This document shows, in pieces, positions 10,822 through 24,320 of a stretch of 64,000 bases of DNA. This DNA is from Neocallimastix sp. 'constans'. Its lineage: Eukaryota. The stretch is from assembly GCA_050613775.1 (NCBI GenBank), contig JBODTK010000011.1, positions 124,001 through 188,000 of the forward strand, written 5' to 3'. The position numbers were made by a program, and so were the translations under genes. A model generated the notes under the pieces. The model made no database searches. It was not told the origin of the DNA and saw only the letters and a program-made list of their open reading frames with translations. The first letter of the stretch is position 1. Each line of letters starts with the position of its first letter.

Positions 10822-13800
10822 CTATGGTATAGTTGTTGAATTAAATTTTATTATATTTTTAATATGTACTGGTCTTTCTAAAGGTAATTTTGTATTTGGG
10901 TCTACTAATTTTACTGTATTAAATTGTTTTCCTGTAACTTCAAATGGACCTACAAAATAAGGATCAAGTTTATATCTAGAAAAATTTCTAATTTTCACTA
11001 AATCTCTTATTTTAATTTCGTTTTGTTTATTCATACTTGTAATTTCTTCTTTTCGAGTTTCCCAATATTTATTATTCTTTTTTATATTATTGCAGGCCTC
11101 TTTAACCAAACCATTTATTATGATTAATAAATTTTTCAATTAATAATTCTTCTTTACTTCCTTGTACATTCGAAGTTGGAAGAGATGAAGCTAATTCAAA
11201 TGGTTGTTGATCTCTTCTTCCATAAAGTAATTCGAAACTTGAATATTTAGTAACTGAATTTTTTGAAGTTCTTAAAGCTCATAAAGCAAAAGGTAGGACA
11301 AGATCCCATTCTTTTTCTTTATTTGCTAATAGACGTAATAATTTTCCTATTTCTCTATTACGATTTTCGGTTAGACCAATTCAGAATGATACGTTACAGT
11401 AAATTTAATGAATACGTCATACAAATCCAAAAATATTTTTGTAAAATCTGAATTAAATTGTACACCGTTATCAGTTGTAATAGTGTTTGGTGTACCAAAT
11501 CTTGTAAAAATTTGAGACAAAAAGTTGACAACGTCACGTGAAGTAATGGTAGATAGTGGTTGTGCTTCTACCCATTTTGTAAAGTAATCTACAATAACAA
11601 TAATATATTGATTTCCACTACTTGTTTCTGGTAGTGGTCCAATTATATCTAAACCTAAGTGCGTAAAAGGAGCTTCTACTTGTATTGCAGATTTTTCCGT
11701 AGGTTCAGGAATTTCGATTTTTTTGTTTAATTGACAGTTTTCGCAATTAGTAATAAACCTTTTTATATCTACTGTCATTCCTTTCCAATAGAAAGATTTT
11801 CTTAATCGTTCATAAGTTTTATTAAAACCTTCATGACCGATGGCATGAGCTTTCCATATAAGATTGAATTTTTCTTCATTCGTGGTAATGATTTTTCTTA
11901 AATTATCCTCTTCGTTCAAAGATTTACTACCATCAATAGTTATTATATGATCATTAATGAATTTTTGCATAAATTCAGTAATATTTGAATTTTCTTCATC
12001 AATAGCTTCATTATTATTTCCAATTTCTTCAATATTATTAATATTATTAGAATTAATAGTATTAATGGAATATATTTTATAAGTATTATTATTATATTCT
12101 TCACTTTTATTGTCTAGTATATTATCAATATATTTTATTGTATTATTTTTCAATTGATTTATTTGTCCTTTTAATTGACATAGATCATTAAAACTATGTT
12201 TTTCGTACATAGAAGAATTACCTTGGTTATATTGTAATATATAGGAATTTATATTTGCTAATATATTAGAATAATATTCAAATATATTTCTTTTTAATTG
12301 GAGTAATTGAATTAAAAATTTTTTAATTTACTCTGATTTAATTTTAATTTATTATCATTAATGCGTCAGCTAAGTAATTTCTTTTTCCAGGTTCATATAA
12401 TATTTTCATTCTTAACATATTGATTGTTATACACCATCGGATGTGGCATATACTATCAGGTTCTTTAGTTTTAAATAGTCCAAGTAATGGCTTATGGTCC
12501 GTATATAATAACGTTTCAAATTTATTTCCTGATATATAATATTTAAATTCCTTAGCACAGTAGTAAACTGCGGTTCCTTCCAGGTCAGTTTTACTGTAAT
12601 TTGTTTCCGCTTTATTTAAAGTTTTACTGATAAAGTGAATTGGGTATACCTTTCCGTCTTTTTCATCTTTTTGAAGTAGAATACCTCCAATTCCTAATTT
12701 ACATGCGTCCGTTCTAATAATTAATTGTTTATTAAAGTTAGGATAACGTAAAATCGGAGCAGAGATTAATGCTTCTTTTAACTTATTAAAACTATCTTGA
12801 TGTGTATTTTCCCATATATAAGGTACATTCTTTCGTAATAGTTCGTAGAGTGGCGAAGCAATCAAAGCAAAATTATTAATAAATTTTCTATAATAACCTA
12901 CAGAATCCAAGAAAGATCTAAGTTCTGAGATATTTTCAGGTTTCAACCATTTAGCTACAGTATTGACTTTTGAATTTATAGTTTTGAGGCCATTATTAGA
13001 TACGACATGGCCAAGTAGTTCTACCTCTTCCTTGAAGAAGCAACATTTTTCAATGTTGATTTTAACTTCATATTTACGAAAGATTTCAAAAACTTGTTTA
13101 AGGTGTATGAGATGTTCTTCAAAAGAATTTGAAAATATGAAAATATCATCGAGAAAAACAAAAACACATTTACCTAATAAATCGAAAAGAATACGATTCA
13201 TTTCTCTCTGAAATGTGGCTGGAGCACCAGTTAGACCAAATGGCATAATTTGTATAGGAAATTTCCATATTTGGTAGTAAAACTAGTAAGATCAATACTA
13301 TCTTGCGCCATACGTATTTGATGATACCCCGAAAATAAATCCAGAGTGGAGAATACTATAGCACCACCTAATGAACTAAAAATTTTATCAATATTTGGAA
13401 GTGAATAAGAATCAGGAACAGTCATTGCCTTTAATTTCCTGTAATCAGTGTAAAGTTTCCATTTACCATTCTTTTTCATGACAAGTACAATTGGTGAAGA
13501 CCAAGCAGAATAAGAAGGAACAATTAAGCCTTTATTAATGAGTTTAACAAGTTCAGCTTTTAACGCATCCGATTTAAGTTTATTAAGTTTATAAAATCTA
13601 CTCTTAAAAGGAACAGCATTTTGAAATAACTGAATATGATGAGGTTTTAGTTTAGAAGGAGAAAGTTGCTCAGACGAAGTGGCAACGATATCAATGAAAT
13701 CCATTAAAAGTTTTGAGACAATAGGTTTAAAAGGACCTTCTATTTTTGATTGAAAATTTTGAGACTGGATATATTCAATAGGTGAAAGATTTTCTTCTTG

Positions 13801-15571
13801 TGGCGCATTTTCAATAATTTGTGGCTCAGGTTCAATAATTTGCTTATTTCCCGTATCCGTAGTAAAATTATTAGATTTATTAATATTAATATTATTATTA
13901 TAATTTAAAGTATTAATTAATTTACTAGGATTAATATATTTAACAAAACAACTAATTAATTCGACTTCCTGATTTTCTAATAAAGGTGTAATAATATCAA
14001 AAGAATCATAGGAAGTAAAACGACATAATGCTTTTGCCATAGGATGAATAAATAAATAATTATCGACAATAGTTTTAAGATCAATTAACAAATCAAAATA
14101 ATTAGTATTATGATTAATAACACAAAAGTTAGCATAAAAAGAATAAGTATTAATAAGAACATTAAGACGAATAACTATGGCGTCAGTGACTGTATCATCA
14201 CCTAAAGCTTCGCAAATACGACCATGACAAATACCTACAGTTTCGTATTGGCCAGGTAAAGAATTAAAATAATCAACTGAAATAAGATTTAAATTGCTAC
14301 CAGAATCTATGAGCAATTTATTTTCAATATTATCGACAGAGGCTAGAACAATACCTAAGTCGTCTTCTTTGAAATTGTTATTATTTTTAATTTCATCATA
14401 CTCATTATAGACAAAATTATCCTCTATATTCATAGTACTAGAAATTTTTAATTTTTCTAATTTTAAATTTTTAATTAAATCAGCTCGTGCTTTGGGAGAA
14501 ATATCTAATAATTGAGCATATGTAATATCACATTTAGTATTTGCTAAATCTTTAGATAAATTATAAGGTTCAATAGAATATTTATTAGCTAATAATATAT
14601 GTTTTTCTATTTTTTCATTTTTATTATTATTATTAGTATCTTCATCATGATCACGTGTATCAGGAGGATCTTTAATATTAAATTGGACTTTCTTTTTATT
14701 GGTCCCAACTTTTAATTCTTTTGGATTAATTAAAATTTTGTTAAAATTATTAATATCATTAGGGTTAAAATCATCAGTAAAATAATTTAAGTTATTTAAC
14801 TTTTGATTAGAATTAGAATAATTATTTAAAGTATCATTATTAGAATTTTTAAGATTATTAAATTTATTATCAATTAAAATTTTATTATTAAAATCATTAG
14901 AATTATTATTAAAAAAATTTTCATTATTATTAGAATTAATTAATAAACTCATTAGTATTCATTTTTATAGAATTATTATTATCGGAAATTTTGTTAGAAT
15001 CATTAATTAAATTAGTATTAGAATTACAGTTAAATTTATTAGAATTATTATTAATTAAAATATTAGAATTTTTATTAGTATTAAAAGAATTTAATTCAGA
15101 ATTATTATTAGAAATATTATTAAATTTATTAGAAATATTATTATTTTTATTAGAATTATTAGAATTATTATTAAAATTAGAATTATCATTTGACTTATTA
15201 GAATTATAATTATTTAAATTATTTGAATTATTATTATTTGAATTATTATTAGAATTAATATTAGAATTATTAATAAAATCATTATCATTATTACTATTAA
15301 TAGAATTATTAAAATTTTTGTCAGTGGAACGCTTACTTAAGTGAGGATTAATAACTTTTCTATTAGGTACATCAACTTCAAGATTCGTTTGGTCTTCCAT
15401 TTCAGGCTGTTTATCATTTGTTTTAAAAGTACTTTTCTTAGCCGAATTGGATTTGGATTTTCTAATAGGTGTACCTGGAGGTAATTCTACACTTTTTCAT
15501 GGCGTCCACGTAATAACGTTTTGTATTTTTAGTGTTTTGGTTTAGGGGAGAGCACTTACTCCCCATTACTA
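10822..15571 (-). pseudogene. pol: Gypsy-2 pol (PR-RT-RH-IN), frameshifted
   Basis: LIDSGS, FVFLDD, IRTDAC, GLDIIGP and TDNG motifs across ORFs 13231-14952, 12344-13246, 11371-12210 and 10822-11139. Confidence 0.93.
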
Positions 15572-16882
15572 GTTTAAAGAACTAGTTTCGTCGGAGTTTT
15601 CTTCATTAATATTCCTATTATAGGGATTATTAAAACCAGGATTATTATTGTTAGAATTATAAGAATTAAAGTTTTCATAAAAATTTTGACCATTATTAAA
15701 ATTTTGATTATTATTAAAATTTTGATTATTCAGTGGCTGATTTTTAAAATTATAAAATGGCTGGTTATTAAAATTTTGATTATTATTAAAATTTATATTA
15801 TTATTATAACTTTGGTTATAGAATAGCTGATTATTATTAAAATTTTGATTATTAAAATTTTGATTATTAAAATGTGTAAAGCCATTAAATTTATTATGTT
15901 TATTATTATTTCTATAACCATTGTTTCTATTATTTCCGTTCCAATTTTGATTGTCTGAATTAAAATTATTATTTGGGAAATTATTAAAATTAGAATTTTG
16001 ATTATTAAAATTATTATTCATCATGGAGTCCATATATTTAAAATATTGGAATTTTGCATAACCAGAACAGTCGGAGATTGAATGTCCCTTTTCGTGACAA
16101 AACTTAAAAAAAGAAACTTTATGCTTGTTATTAAAATTAGGGTTATTATGGTTGTTATTGTAGCCACCTTGATTAACAAAATTAGAATTTTTATTATAAT
16201 TTGGATTTTTGTTATTTCTATTATTGGATGATAAATTATTATTATTTTGAGTTTTTAGTTTTAACTCATTTTCCATTTTATCGTAGAATTCTACAGCATC
16301 CTTAGCTTCTGATTGCGTAATTTTCTTATTTTTAATTTCCGATTTTACGCTACGCCACACAGCAGTTTTACTAATTATTGCATCTAAATAGTCGTAAGAA
16401 GAAATTCTTAATTTGTATTCATCATTTAAGGCATTATATAATTTTAAGTATTTCTGATTGAATTCTTTTACATCTTCTCCTTTATTAATCTTCATAGATT
16501 TTATTTCATTAATAATATCATCAGGATCTTTTTCTAATTTGTACGTTTTTAGCAATGCATCTCTCATTTGCTCAAGGTTAGGATAAACTAAGTGTCCGTT
16601 AGTATCCTTAGTTACTAATGATTGGATACTTTTGGAACCTTGACCCTGCACCTTCATACGACACCAATCATAAATATCAGTAGGACTAGTTATTTTTTGC
16701 ATTCTAGTCCATGTAACGAACTGGTCGTACCAACGCTCTACATCATGTTCGTCTGTAACATTAATTATGGTTTGCAAGGACATGAAGCGTTGTTGTAAGA
16801 GCATCGCCTCATTAAATTCCGACATTTTTCTTTTATTACGTATTTCAATAAGCTTTTCAAAAAATTCTTCAACGGATATCAA
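15569..16882 (-). CDS. gag: Gypsy-2 Gag (zinc knuckle degenerate; first ATG at 16825)
   Basis: 437-aa ORF with FKFCHEKGHSISDC and an Asn/Phe-rich tail, ending at T_TTA_AAC TAG. Confidence 0.85.
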   Translation of the reverse strand: MISVEEFFEKLIEIRNKRKMSEFNEAMLLQQRFMSLQTIINVTDEHDVERWYDQFVTWTRMQKITSPTDIYDWCRMKVQGQGSKSIQSLVTKDTNGHLVYPNLEQMRDALLKTYKLEKDPDDIINEIKSMKINKGEDVKEFNQKYLKLYNALNDEYKLRISSYDYLDAIISKTAVWRSVKSEIKNKKITQSEAKDAVEFYDKMENELKLKTQNNNNLSSNNRNNKNPNYNKNSNFVNQGGYNNNHNNPNFNNKHKVSFFKFCHEKGHSISDCSGYAKFQYFKYMDSMMNNNFNNQNSNFNNFPNNNFNSDNQNWNGNNRNNGYRNNNKHNKFNGFTHFNNQNFNNQNFNNNQLFYNQSYNNNINFNNNQNFNNQPFYNFKNQPLNNQNFNNNQNFNNGQNFYENFNSYNSNNNNPGFNNPYNRNINEENSDETSSLN

Positions 16883-17724
16883 TTTACTATTTATTAAGGT
16901 TAAAAAAAATTTTTTTTTTTTTTTTTAATAAAAATTCAATATAATTCAGTAAAGGCTATATGTAGTCAAGTGATTTAATAATACTTTATGTAAATTTTAT
17001 TATATCTTAAATTTAGAATAATATTTCTATTTTTAAAATTCGATATATTCACTATAATAATATATTTAATGATAATTATTGTGGTGTTGTTATTATTAGC
17101 ACCAATTCCGACCAAAGTAACTATAATAGACGTACTGATTAGGGTCTTTAGCACAATAATAACAGCTCCGTCACCTTATTCACACGATCTATGTTACGTC
17201 ACGTGCTTCGGGATCTTGTTATTACTGCCTAATATACCCCTGGTGAGAATCAACACGGCTTGTCTATGTTGAGATACCTTGTTAATTAGTTACTAATAAG
17301 AAAAGTATATTTCTATTAGCAACACCACAATAATAATTTTTTTTTTTTTTAATAAATATAAATATATATTAAAATATATTTATATATATAATAAGATATA
17401 ATCAACTCTTTTAATAAAATTATATAAATATATATTACAATATATTTATATATAATACGATTAATTAAATTTTGTTATAAAATTATATAAAGATATATAA
17501 AGATATATTTATATATAAAATACTATTTAATTTAATAAAAAATAATTTTTATAAAATTAATTTTTAAAATTAATTTTTAAATATTTGAAATATACGTTTT
17601 TTTAAGAAAATTAAAAATTATATTTTTATTATAAAATTCTTATTATAATTTTTATTTTTAAAATAATTATTAGAAATAATTATATTCTTCTCCTCCTCTA
17701 AGAGAACCGATATCTCCTTCAAAA

Positions 17725-18400
17725 TGATAAAGTACGCCTATAGGTTCAAGTTCTCTTGTTGGGAGAAGTTTTATTAAGTATTTTATTATAAATTTTTATT
17801 TATTTATTTAAAAATAATTATAAAATTCATTAATACATGTATTTATTTATTATCTCGAAAATATAAAATAATTATAATTTTGGCATAAAACTGTGCTGCA
17901 AAGAATAATTATAAAGAATTATTCTTGTTTTTATATTTGAAATTCATAATAAACTATTTAATTAATTAATTCTTTTAGAATAACTATTAAGTATTTAAAG
18001 TATTTAATATAAAAGTATAAAATAAAATATAAAATATTAAAATAAAATATTCATAAAATAATAAAATATAATTTTATTATAATTAATAAAATATAAAATA
18101 TTAATATAAAATAATAATTATTAAAAATAATTAAAAATATAATAAAATAAAATTATTAAATATAAAAATAATAAAAATAATAAAAAGAAATTTATAAATT
18201 ATTTCAATTTTAACATAATATAAAATTTATGTAATAAATTTTATGTTTACATTAATTTTTATGTTCTTTCATAATTTTATGTCTTTACATAATTTTAATT
18301 TTATCACGTTATTTTCGATCACGTTTTATTTATGTCACGAATTTGCAAATGATTTATTAATTTATTTTTATGTAATTATTAATAAAATAATTTATTAATA
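17725..18400 (-). repeat. Gypsy-2 5' LTR (outer ~29 bp missing)
   Basis: Matches the split 3' LTR. Ends TATCA (minus), followed by TGAAGGAGATATCGG, a variant of the Gypsy-1 PBS. Confidence 0.85.
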
Positions 18401-18615
18401 GTTTAGAAAAACATACAATTTTAGCTAGTAGTACTCACATTAAACCTTATAATATAGCAAAGGACTTAAAAAATTCAAAATATGACATTTCTTTTGTACA
18501 ACTTTTAGATATTTGCCCAAAATTAAGATCTGAATTAAAAATATTTAAAATTAGAAAAATTAAAAATTTCAAGTTCAATTAATAATAATGATTTTATTCT
18601 AAATTATAATTCTAA
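18401..18615 (+). pseudogene. Short Gypsy pol N-terminal fragment, inverted relative to Gypsy-2
   Basis: Reads LEKHTILASSTHIKPYNIAKDLKNSKYDISFVQLLDICPKLRSEL, homologous to Gypsy-2 IEKHILLANKYSIEPYNLSKDLANTKCDITYAQLLDISPKARADL. Confidence 0.8.
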
Positions 18616-18893
18616 ACCATGTCCCTTACCGCATGTACCATCTAATGTACTTCAAAATAATCTGTAAAGCTCAAATTTCTATCTATGTATACTTTACTAT
18701 TTACTATTTATTTGCAAGTCTTCACAGTTTATTCCTGGGTTTAATAAATAAAATTTTCTAATGAAATATTAATATCAGCAGAAATCTTGTAACAATAATC
18801 ATTTTTTCTCACTTTGTAAGTTTTATGACATTTCACTATATTAGCAGTACTTAATCCAATAATTAAAATTATAATATTATATAAAATATTCAT
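18612..18893 (-). pseudogene. Secreted LysM-domain protein remnant with the possible start of a CBM18/chitin-binding module
   Basis: Manual translation from ATG 18893: MNILYNIIILIIGLSTANIVKCHKTYKVRKNDYCYKISADINISLEN, frameshift, FYLLNPGINCEDLQINSK, stops, STLDGTCGKGHG. Confidence 0.75.
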
Positions 18894-19837
18894 TTTATTA
18901 CTTTTATTTATATATAAATATATAAAATAAAAGAATTAACTAATTAATTAATAAAAAAAAAATAAAAATATTAAATAAATAGAATCAGTGTATTTATTGT
19001 TTTCTATTTAATTTCTCTAAACCTTAACAATTTTGTTAAGGAACTAATAAATATTAAAAATTAGAAATAATTATTAATGAAAAAATATTATTGATATTAA
19101 CTAAATTAATTGATAAATAGTAAAACATTAAAATAATTATATAATTAGTTATAGTAAATTCGATAAATGTATTAATTATTATTTTTATTTAATATTGTAA
19201 TATTAGTAGTTTATTATATTTTTATTATTAAATTTTTATTATTAAGTCTAATCCAATCAAATAACTATTTTAATTGTATAAAAAGAACAAAATAGTACAA
19301 TACTTTAGTTGTCTCTTTTTCTTACAACTTTATTATTATATTATTCTTTTGATATTTTCGAGTTTAAATAATAAATTAGAATAGTTAAATAAATGAATTA
19401 GAATTATTTAAATAATAAAATTAGAATAGATTAAATAATAAAAATAAAATAATTTATTTTAAATAAAGTTAAAAATAATTTAAGTGTTGTTTTTAAGAGT
19501 TTTAAGATTTTAGTGGTTAATATTTGTGTTAATAATTGTTAGAAATAAAGTTTAATATTATGACACTATATTATAGTTAGTTATATGATAACTTAGAATA
19601 TAATATTATTAATATATTAAATAATTAAACATGTATTGTTATGTAAATGTATTGTGGCGCATATATGACGTACATCATATACTTACATAAACAACCAAAT
19701 ATAGTTACATTAAATGTAATAAATAATGTTTATATAATTGCATTATACAATTAATTATAAACAATAACCTTATTAATAAAGATATATTATTAAAGAGTAG
19801 AGATCGAAATCTCAATTTCAAAGAAATATTTTTAAAA

Positions 19838-19851
19838 GATTAAGAGTCTCA
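19838..19851 (+). promoter_or_regulatory. Copia PBS complementary to the tRNA-Lys(CUU) anticodon arm
   Basis: GATTAAGAGTCTCA abutting the LTR; the same motif is found in four other Copia elements. Confidence 0.8.
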
Positions 19852-20824
19852 GTTTGACTCTTCTAGTGTTTTATAATATTATATAATGAGTTTTTAATAT
19901 TAAAATTCAGAAATATTTACGATTAAATCATTTATTAATTATTCAAAATAATAATTACATATATTATTTTGTTGTTTTTTTAAAAAAAAAATAAAATAAA
20001 ACAAAATGAGTGAATCATTAATAATTTCATCTAACGTCAAAGTATTGACTAAAAAAATTATCCTTATTGGGCCTCTGATATGGAACTGTTACTTGTCTCC
20101 CATGAATTAGAATCATATATTTATGAAGATAATGTCAAGATAATACATAAATCAGACAGCGAATACGAAAAAGGATGTATTCCAATTATGTACACTAAGG
20201 ACCTGTACTACGCAAAAAGAGTGACCAAAAAACAAATAAAAAATGACTCAATGACGAAAAGAATAATAAGCCTTAATATTGATGACTTAATCAAGATTAA
20301 AATAGATTTCAGAACAAAATCAGCACATCAAGTTTGGAGGTTGATTGAATCTACTTACTTAGAAAGTGAAGAGCAAAGGAAAATAAATTATAGAAAAGAA
20401 TTGGAATTAATGTCCTTTAACAAGAATGAAGATTTTGAATTATTTTTGTCCAATATGATAAATATTTTAATAAACTCAAGGATTTAAATGATGAGGTTAG
20501 TGACGAAGCAAAATATAATTACTTTTATAAATCATTACCTTACGATCTCATACATGCGACCAACATTATTAGCTATCACGATAATTGGAAAGAATGATGC
20601 AAGCATTTAAATAAAATAATTCCAAAGTTAAAATTCTTAATATAAAAATAATCAATATAACCCTAATACTTTGTTTAGCAGCACTGAAGAAAATAAACAT
20701 AAAAATGTAAATCACAATAATATAAACAAAATAAATAAAAAGTACAATATTAATAAAAATTTCAAATGTTATAATTGTGGCGGTGTCGGACACATTACAA
20801 GAAATTGTAGCAGTAAATATTAAC

Positions 20825-21429
20825 TGTAAAGATTTAATAAATCTTTAATCCATTAAATAGCTTAATTTTTCGTACAATTAATTTATTTAATGTATATGAA
20901 ATTTTTTAATATAAAATTTATTGAAATAAAATTTAATTATATTTTAAATTGAAAATATTTTTTAATTAGTTTTAGTTAGCTTAGTTTAGTTTTAAATAGT
21001 TAAATATTAATTTAGGAATAATCTTAAATAGTTAATATTAATAACAGTTTTTCAATATTAAATATATAATTAAAATTATTATAAGTATTAAAATAATAAA
21101 TAAAATAAATAGTTTAAAAAAATTAATTTTAGTTTTAGTAAATTAATAAATAATAAATATTATTAATTAAAAAATCTTTTGTTTATAAATAGCTTTTATA
21201 TATTATTAAATAACATCATATATTAATAATGTAATAAGAAAAAATATAAATACATGTAATTTTTCTAAATTAAATCGATGTATTAGTTATTAACTATTTT
21301 ACAATTAATAATATAAGAGAAATTTATAATTAATAAAAGAATTTATTAATAAAAGATATTATTTTTTTTTTGTTTAAATTGTAGTGTTTTTTATAGTAAT
21401 AATCTGTTTTAATTGACGGATTCATTACA
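20825..21429 (+). repeat. Chromovirus-family solo LTR in Copia-1 gag
   Basis: TGTAAAGAT...TTACA, TSD TTAAC. Confidence 0.88.
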
Positions 21430-23054
21430 TTAACAATGGTAAAAATTACAACTTAAATAAATATAAACACAATAATAAAGGAAAAGAATATTCATACAAA
21501 AATAGAAAATACAATTCTAGAAAGGGACGTACATATTCGAACAATGCAGAAGAAACAAAATATGAAGAAAATTATAAAAACATTTATGATAACGTTTTAT
21601 ATGCAGATTACAACTATAATTAACATTGTGAATCCAATAGTGCGATTATAGAGAAAAAGATAAATCATAAAAAGGATTTTTAGATAACGGCAGTGTACTC
21701 CCTATGCATAATAATCAATATTATGCATAGGGAGTACACTAGAAAAAATATTAATATGCCCAACAGATACACTTGTAATAATTTAGAAAAAGCCACAGAA
21801 GATAATAATATGGAGTTGTGGCACAGACATATGGGTCATTTTAATATTGATTTGATTAAAGATAAATTATCCAAAATTAACTTCTCAAAAAGATGTAAAA
21901 TATGCTCAAAATCAAAACTAAAAAATTTCCCTTATCCACCTGCAAAAAATAATACCAAAGAAACATTCGAGCTTATTCATATGGATCTAGTATATGTACC
22001 AGACTACTCTGTTTATGGAAATAAATACTTCTTAACTATATTAGATGACTACTCAAGATACAGCTGGATTTGTTTTATAGAAAATAAAAGTAAAAAATTT
22101 GATGCTTTTATCAACTGGTACAATCAAATTAAAAATATTTTTAATAAAAATATTAAATATATTAAGACTGACAATGGTACTGAATTCTTTAATAATAGAT
22201 TTAAAGAATTTTATGATAAAACCGGTATAATACATGAGAGTACTATTCCTTACAATCCTCAACAAAATGGAAGAGATGAGAGGTTACATGGAACTTTGAT
22301 TTCTAATGAAGATGCTTGCAGTTTATTAAAATTTATGATTCAAAGTTGAATCATAAATTTTGGGAAGATGCAGTTTCAACTGCTAATTATATCCATAACA
22401 AGTTACCACATAAAGGTAACAATAATAAGATCCCATATGAAATATTATAAAGATAAGGTTGACTATAATAAATTTAGGGTATTTGGGTGTTTAACATATT
22501 TCTACGTACCCAAACAATTTAGAAAAAAGTTTTCGAATACCACTTTACCAGGTATATTTTTAGGGTATGATGAAATTAATCATACAGTCTATAAAATATA
22601 TGATATTACAAACAATAATTCTTTCAAGATCTGTAGTATTCATAGAAGATGAACCAGAAAATATGAATTCCCCTATACTACTCCAGACACGTTACATTTC
22701 TTACCATATTGTGAAATCGAAGAAAATAATGATGAAATTGAAGATGATAATAATATTGATAATAATCTTAATAATAATTATAACAATAATTATAATAATT
22801 ATAACAGTTATAATGATAATTATAATAATGATAATAATACAACAGAAAATATAGAAAATATGAGAAAATCAAATTATAATAATACTATTATTGAAAAAAT
22901 AAATATAAATAAAAGTATGAATAACACTGAAATATATTCAAATAAAAATAAAAATAGTAATATTAATAATGCAAATATTGATGATGAATTTGCTGAATTA
23001 AGAGAACACTTAAAAACCAATTATAATAGTAATATAAATGAAATATATCATATA

Positions 23055-23099
<45 letters not shown>

Positions 23100-23548
23100 T
23101 ACTTAAAATGTTAGGGAATTATATTAAGGATACATATATTAATAAAAATAATAATATTAATATGAATGATTAATATAATTACAATACGTTTAATAAAACT
23201 AATAAAGAAAAGGTTAGTATTGTTAACACCACAAATGCTGATAATAATAATACAACTTCAAAGAAGTCAGCAAGTAACAAAATAAAAAATAAAAATACAA
23301 AAAATAAAGTAAATGAAATATTAACCAATAAATTGAATGAAATAAATAAGGATATTAAATATATTGAACAAGATAAACAAACTAATCCTTTTAATAAAAA
23401 TAAAAACAAAATTAAAAGTACTTATATAAATAAACAAAATAAGCAACAATCAAATATGTTAAATAATAATGATAATAATTCGAAATTAAATATCAATAAT
23501 AACCAACAAATAAGTTTATTAGGTACAAAAAGAAAAATTAGATATAAC

Positions 23549-24320
23549 TATAAAGTTTTGGTAAAAAAATAGATTATAAATCAACACTTCAATAATAACA
23601 CTAAAACACAAAATAATAGTTTTAAAGAACAAGTTTTATTAATTTTTTAAATATTAAAATCTTTATTTATTTTAAAGTGTTATTAACAAGAAATCGTTAA
23701 TAACAATTACATCGATTAAAATACATGAAATTTGATAACTATTTATATTTTTATCTTATTACATTTATAATATATAATTCCTATTGAATTATATTATCTA
23801 GCTATTTATTTAAAAACAATACTAACCTAAACTAATAATAAATAATTAACTATTACTAAATAAAGAGAATTATAATTAATAACTAAAATAAATATAATCA
23901 ATTCTAATTGAGTTCATTTATTATTTATTTATTATTTAAATATTATTAGTAAATTTATTATATATTTTCTATTTTAAAATAATATAAAAGTTGTCATAAT
24001 TATTTAATATAAATTTAGCATAAAATGCCGTAAGTTTCAACATGACTAATTGCATAGTTTCATGTTGTTAATTTATCTTGTGAAAAAACCTTAACTCTTA
24101 TTATTTAAATTAAATTACATAAAAAGAAATGATTTTCAAATACTAGTTTCACAAGAGAAATTTTTAATTTATTAGTATGATTGGGAAAAAATCGAAATTA
24201 TGTTAAAAATATTTTCAATAATTTTATACACGTGATTTCAAATAAATTTATTTTAATTTTACTTAAATTTATGATTAAATTTAATTAAAATTATTTAAAG
24301 ATATTAATAATATCTTTACA
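23549..24320 (-). repeat. Chromovirus-family solo LTR in the Copia-1 IN-RT linker
   Basis: TGTAAAGAT...TTTATA (minus), TSD ATAAC; near-identical to 47916-48686. Confidence 0.92.

Larger units (their letters stand above)
1..18400 (-). mobile_element. Gypsy-2: degenerate Ty3/Gypsy element whose 3' LTR is split by Gypsy-1 and the MULE and continues beyond the window start
   Basis: Segments 1-56 + 7698-7758 + 10730-10770 rejoin to match ~18243-18400. The 3' LTR starts at 10799 (minus) after the PPT-like AAAGAAGGGACGA. Confidence 0.9.

Noticed and set aside
17069..17272. 67-aa hydrophobic ORF suggesting a small env-like or membrane protein
   Set aside because: Antisense to Gypsy-2 and coincident with the inverted-repeat GC island; RNA structure explains it better.
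19838..19851. tRNA-Lys gene
   Set aside because: Only the 14-nt anticodon-arm complement is present, with no cloverleaf; it is a PBS.
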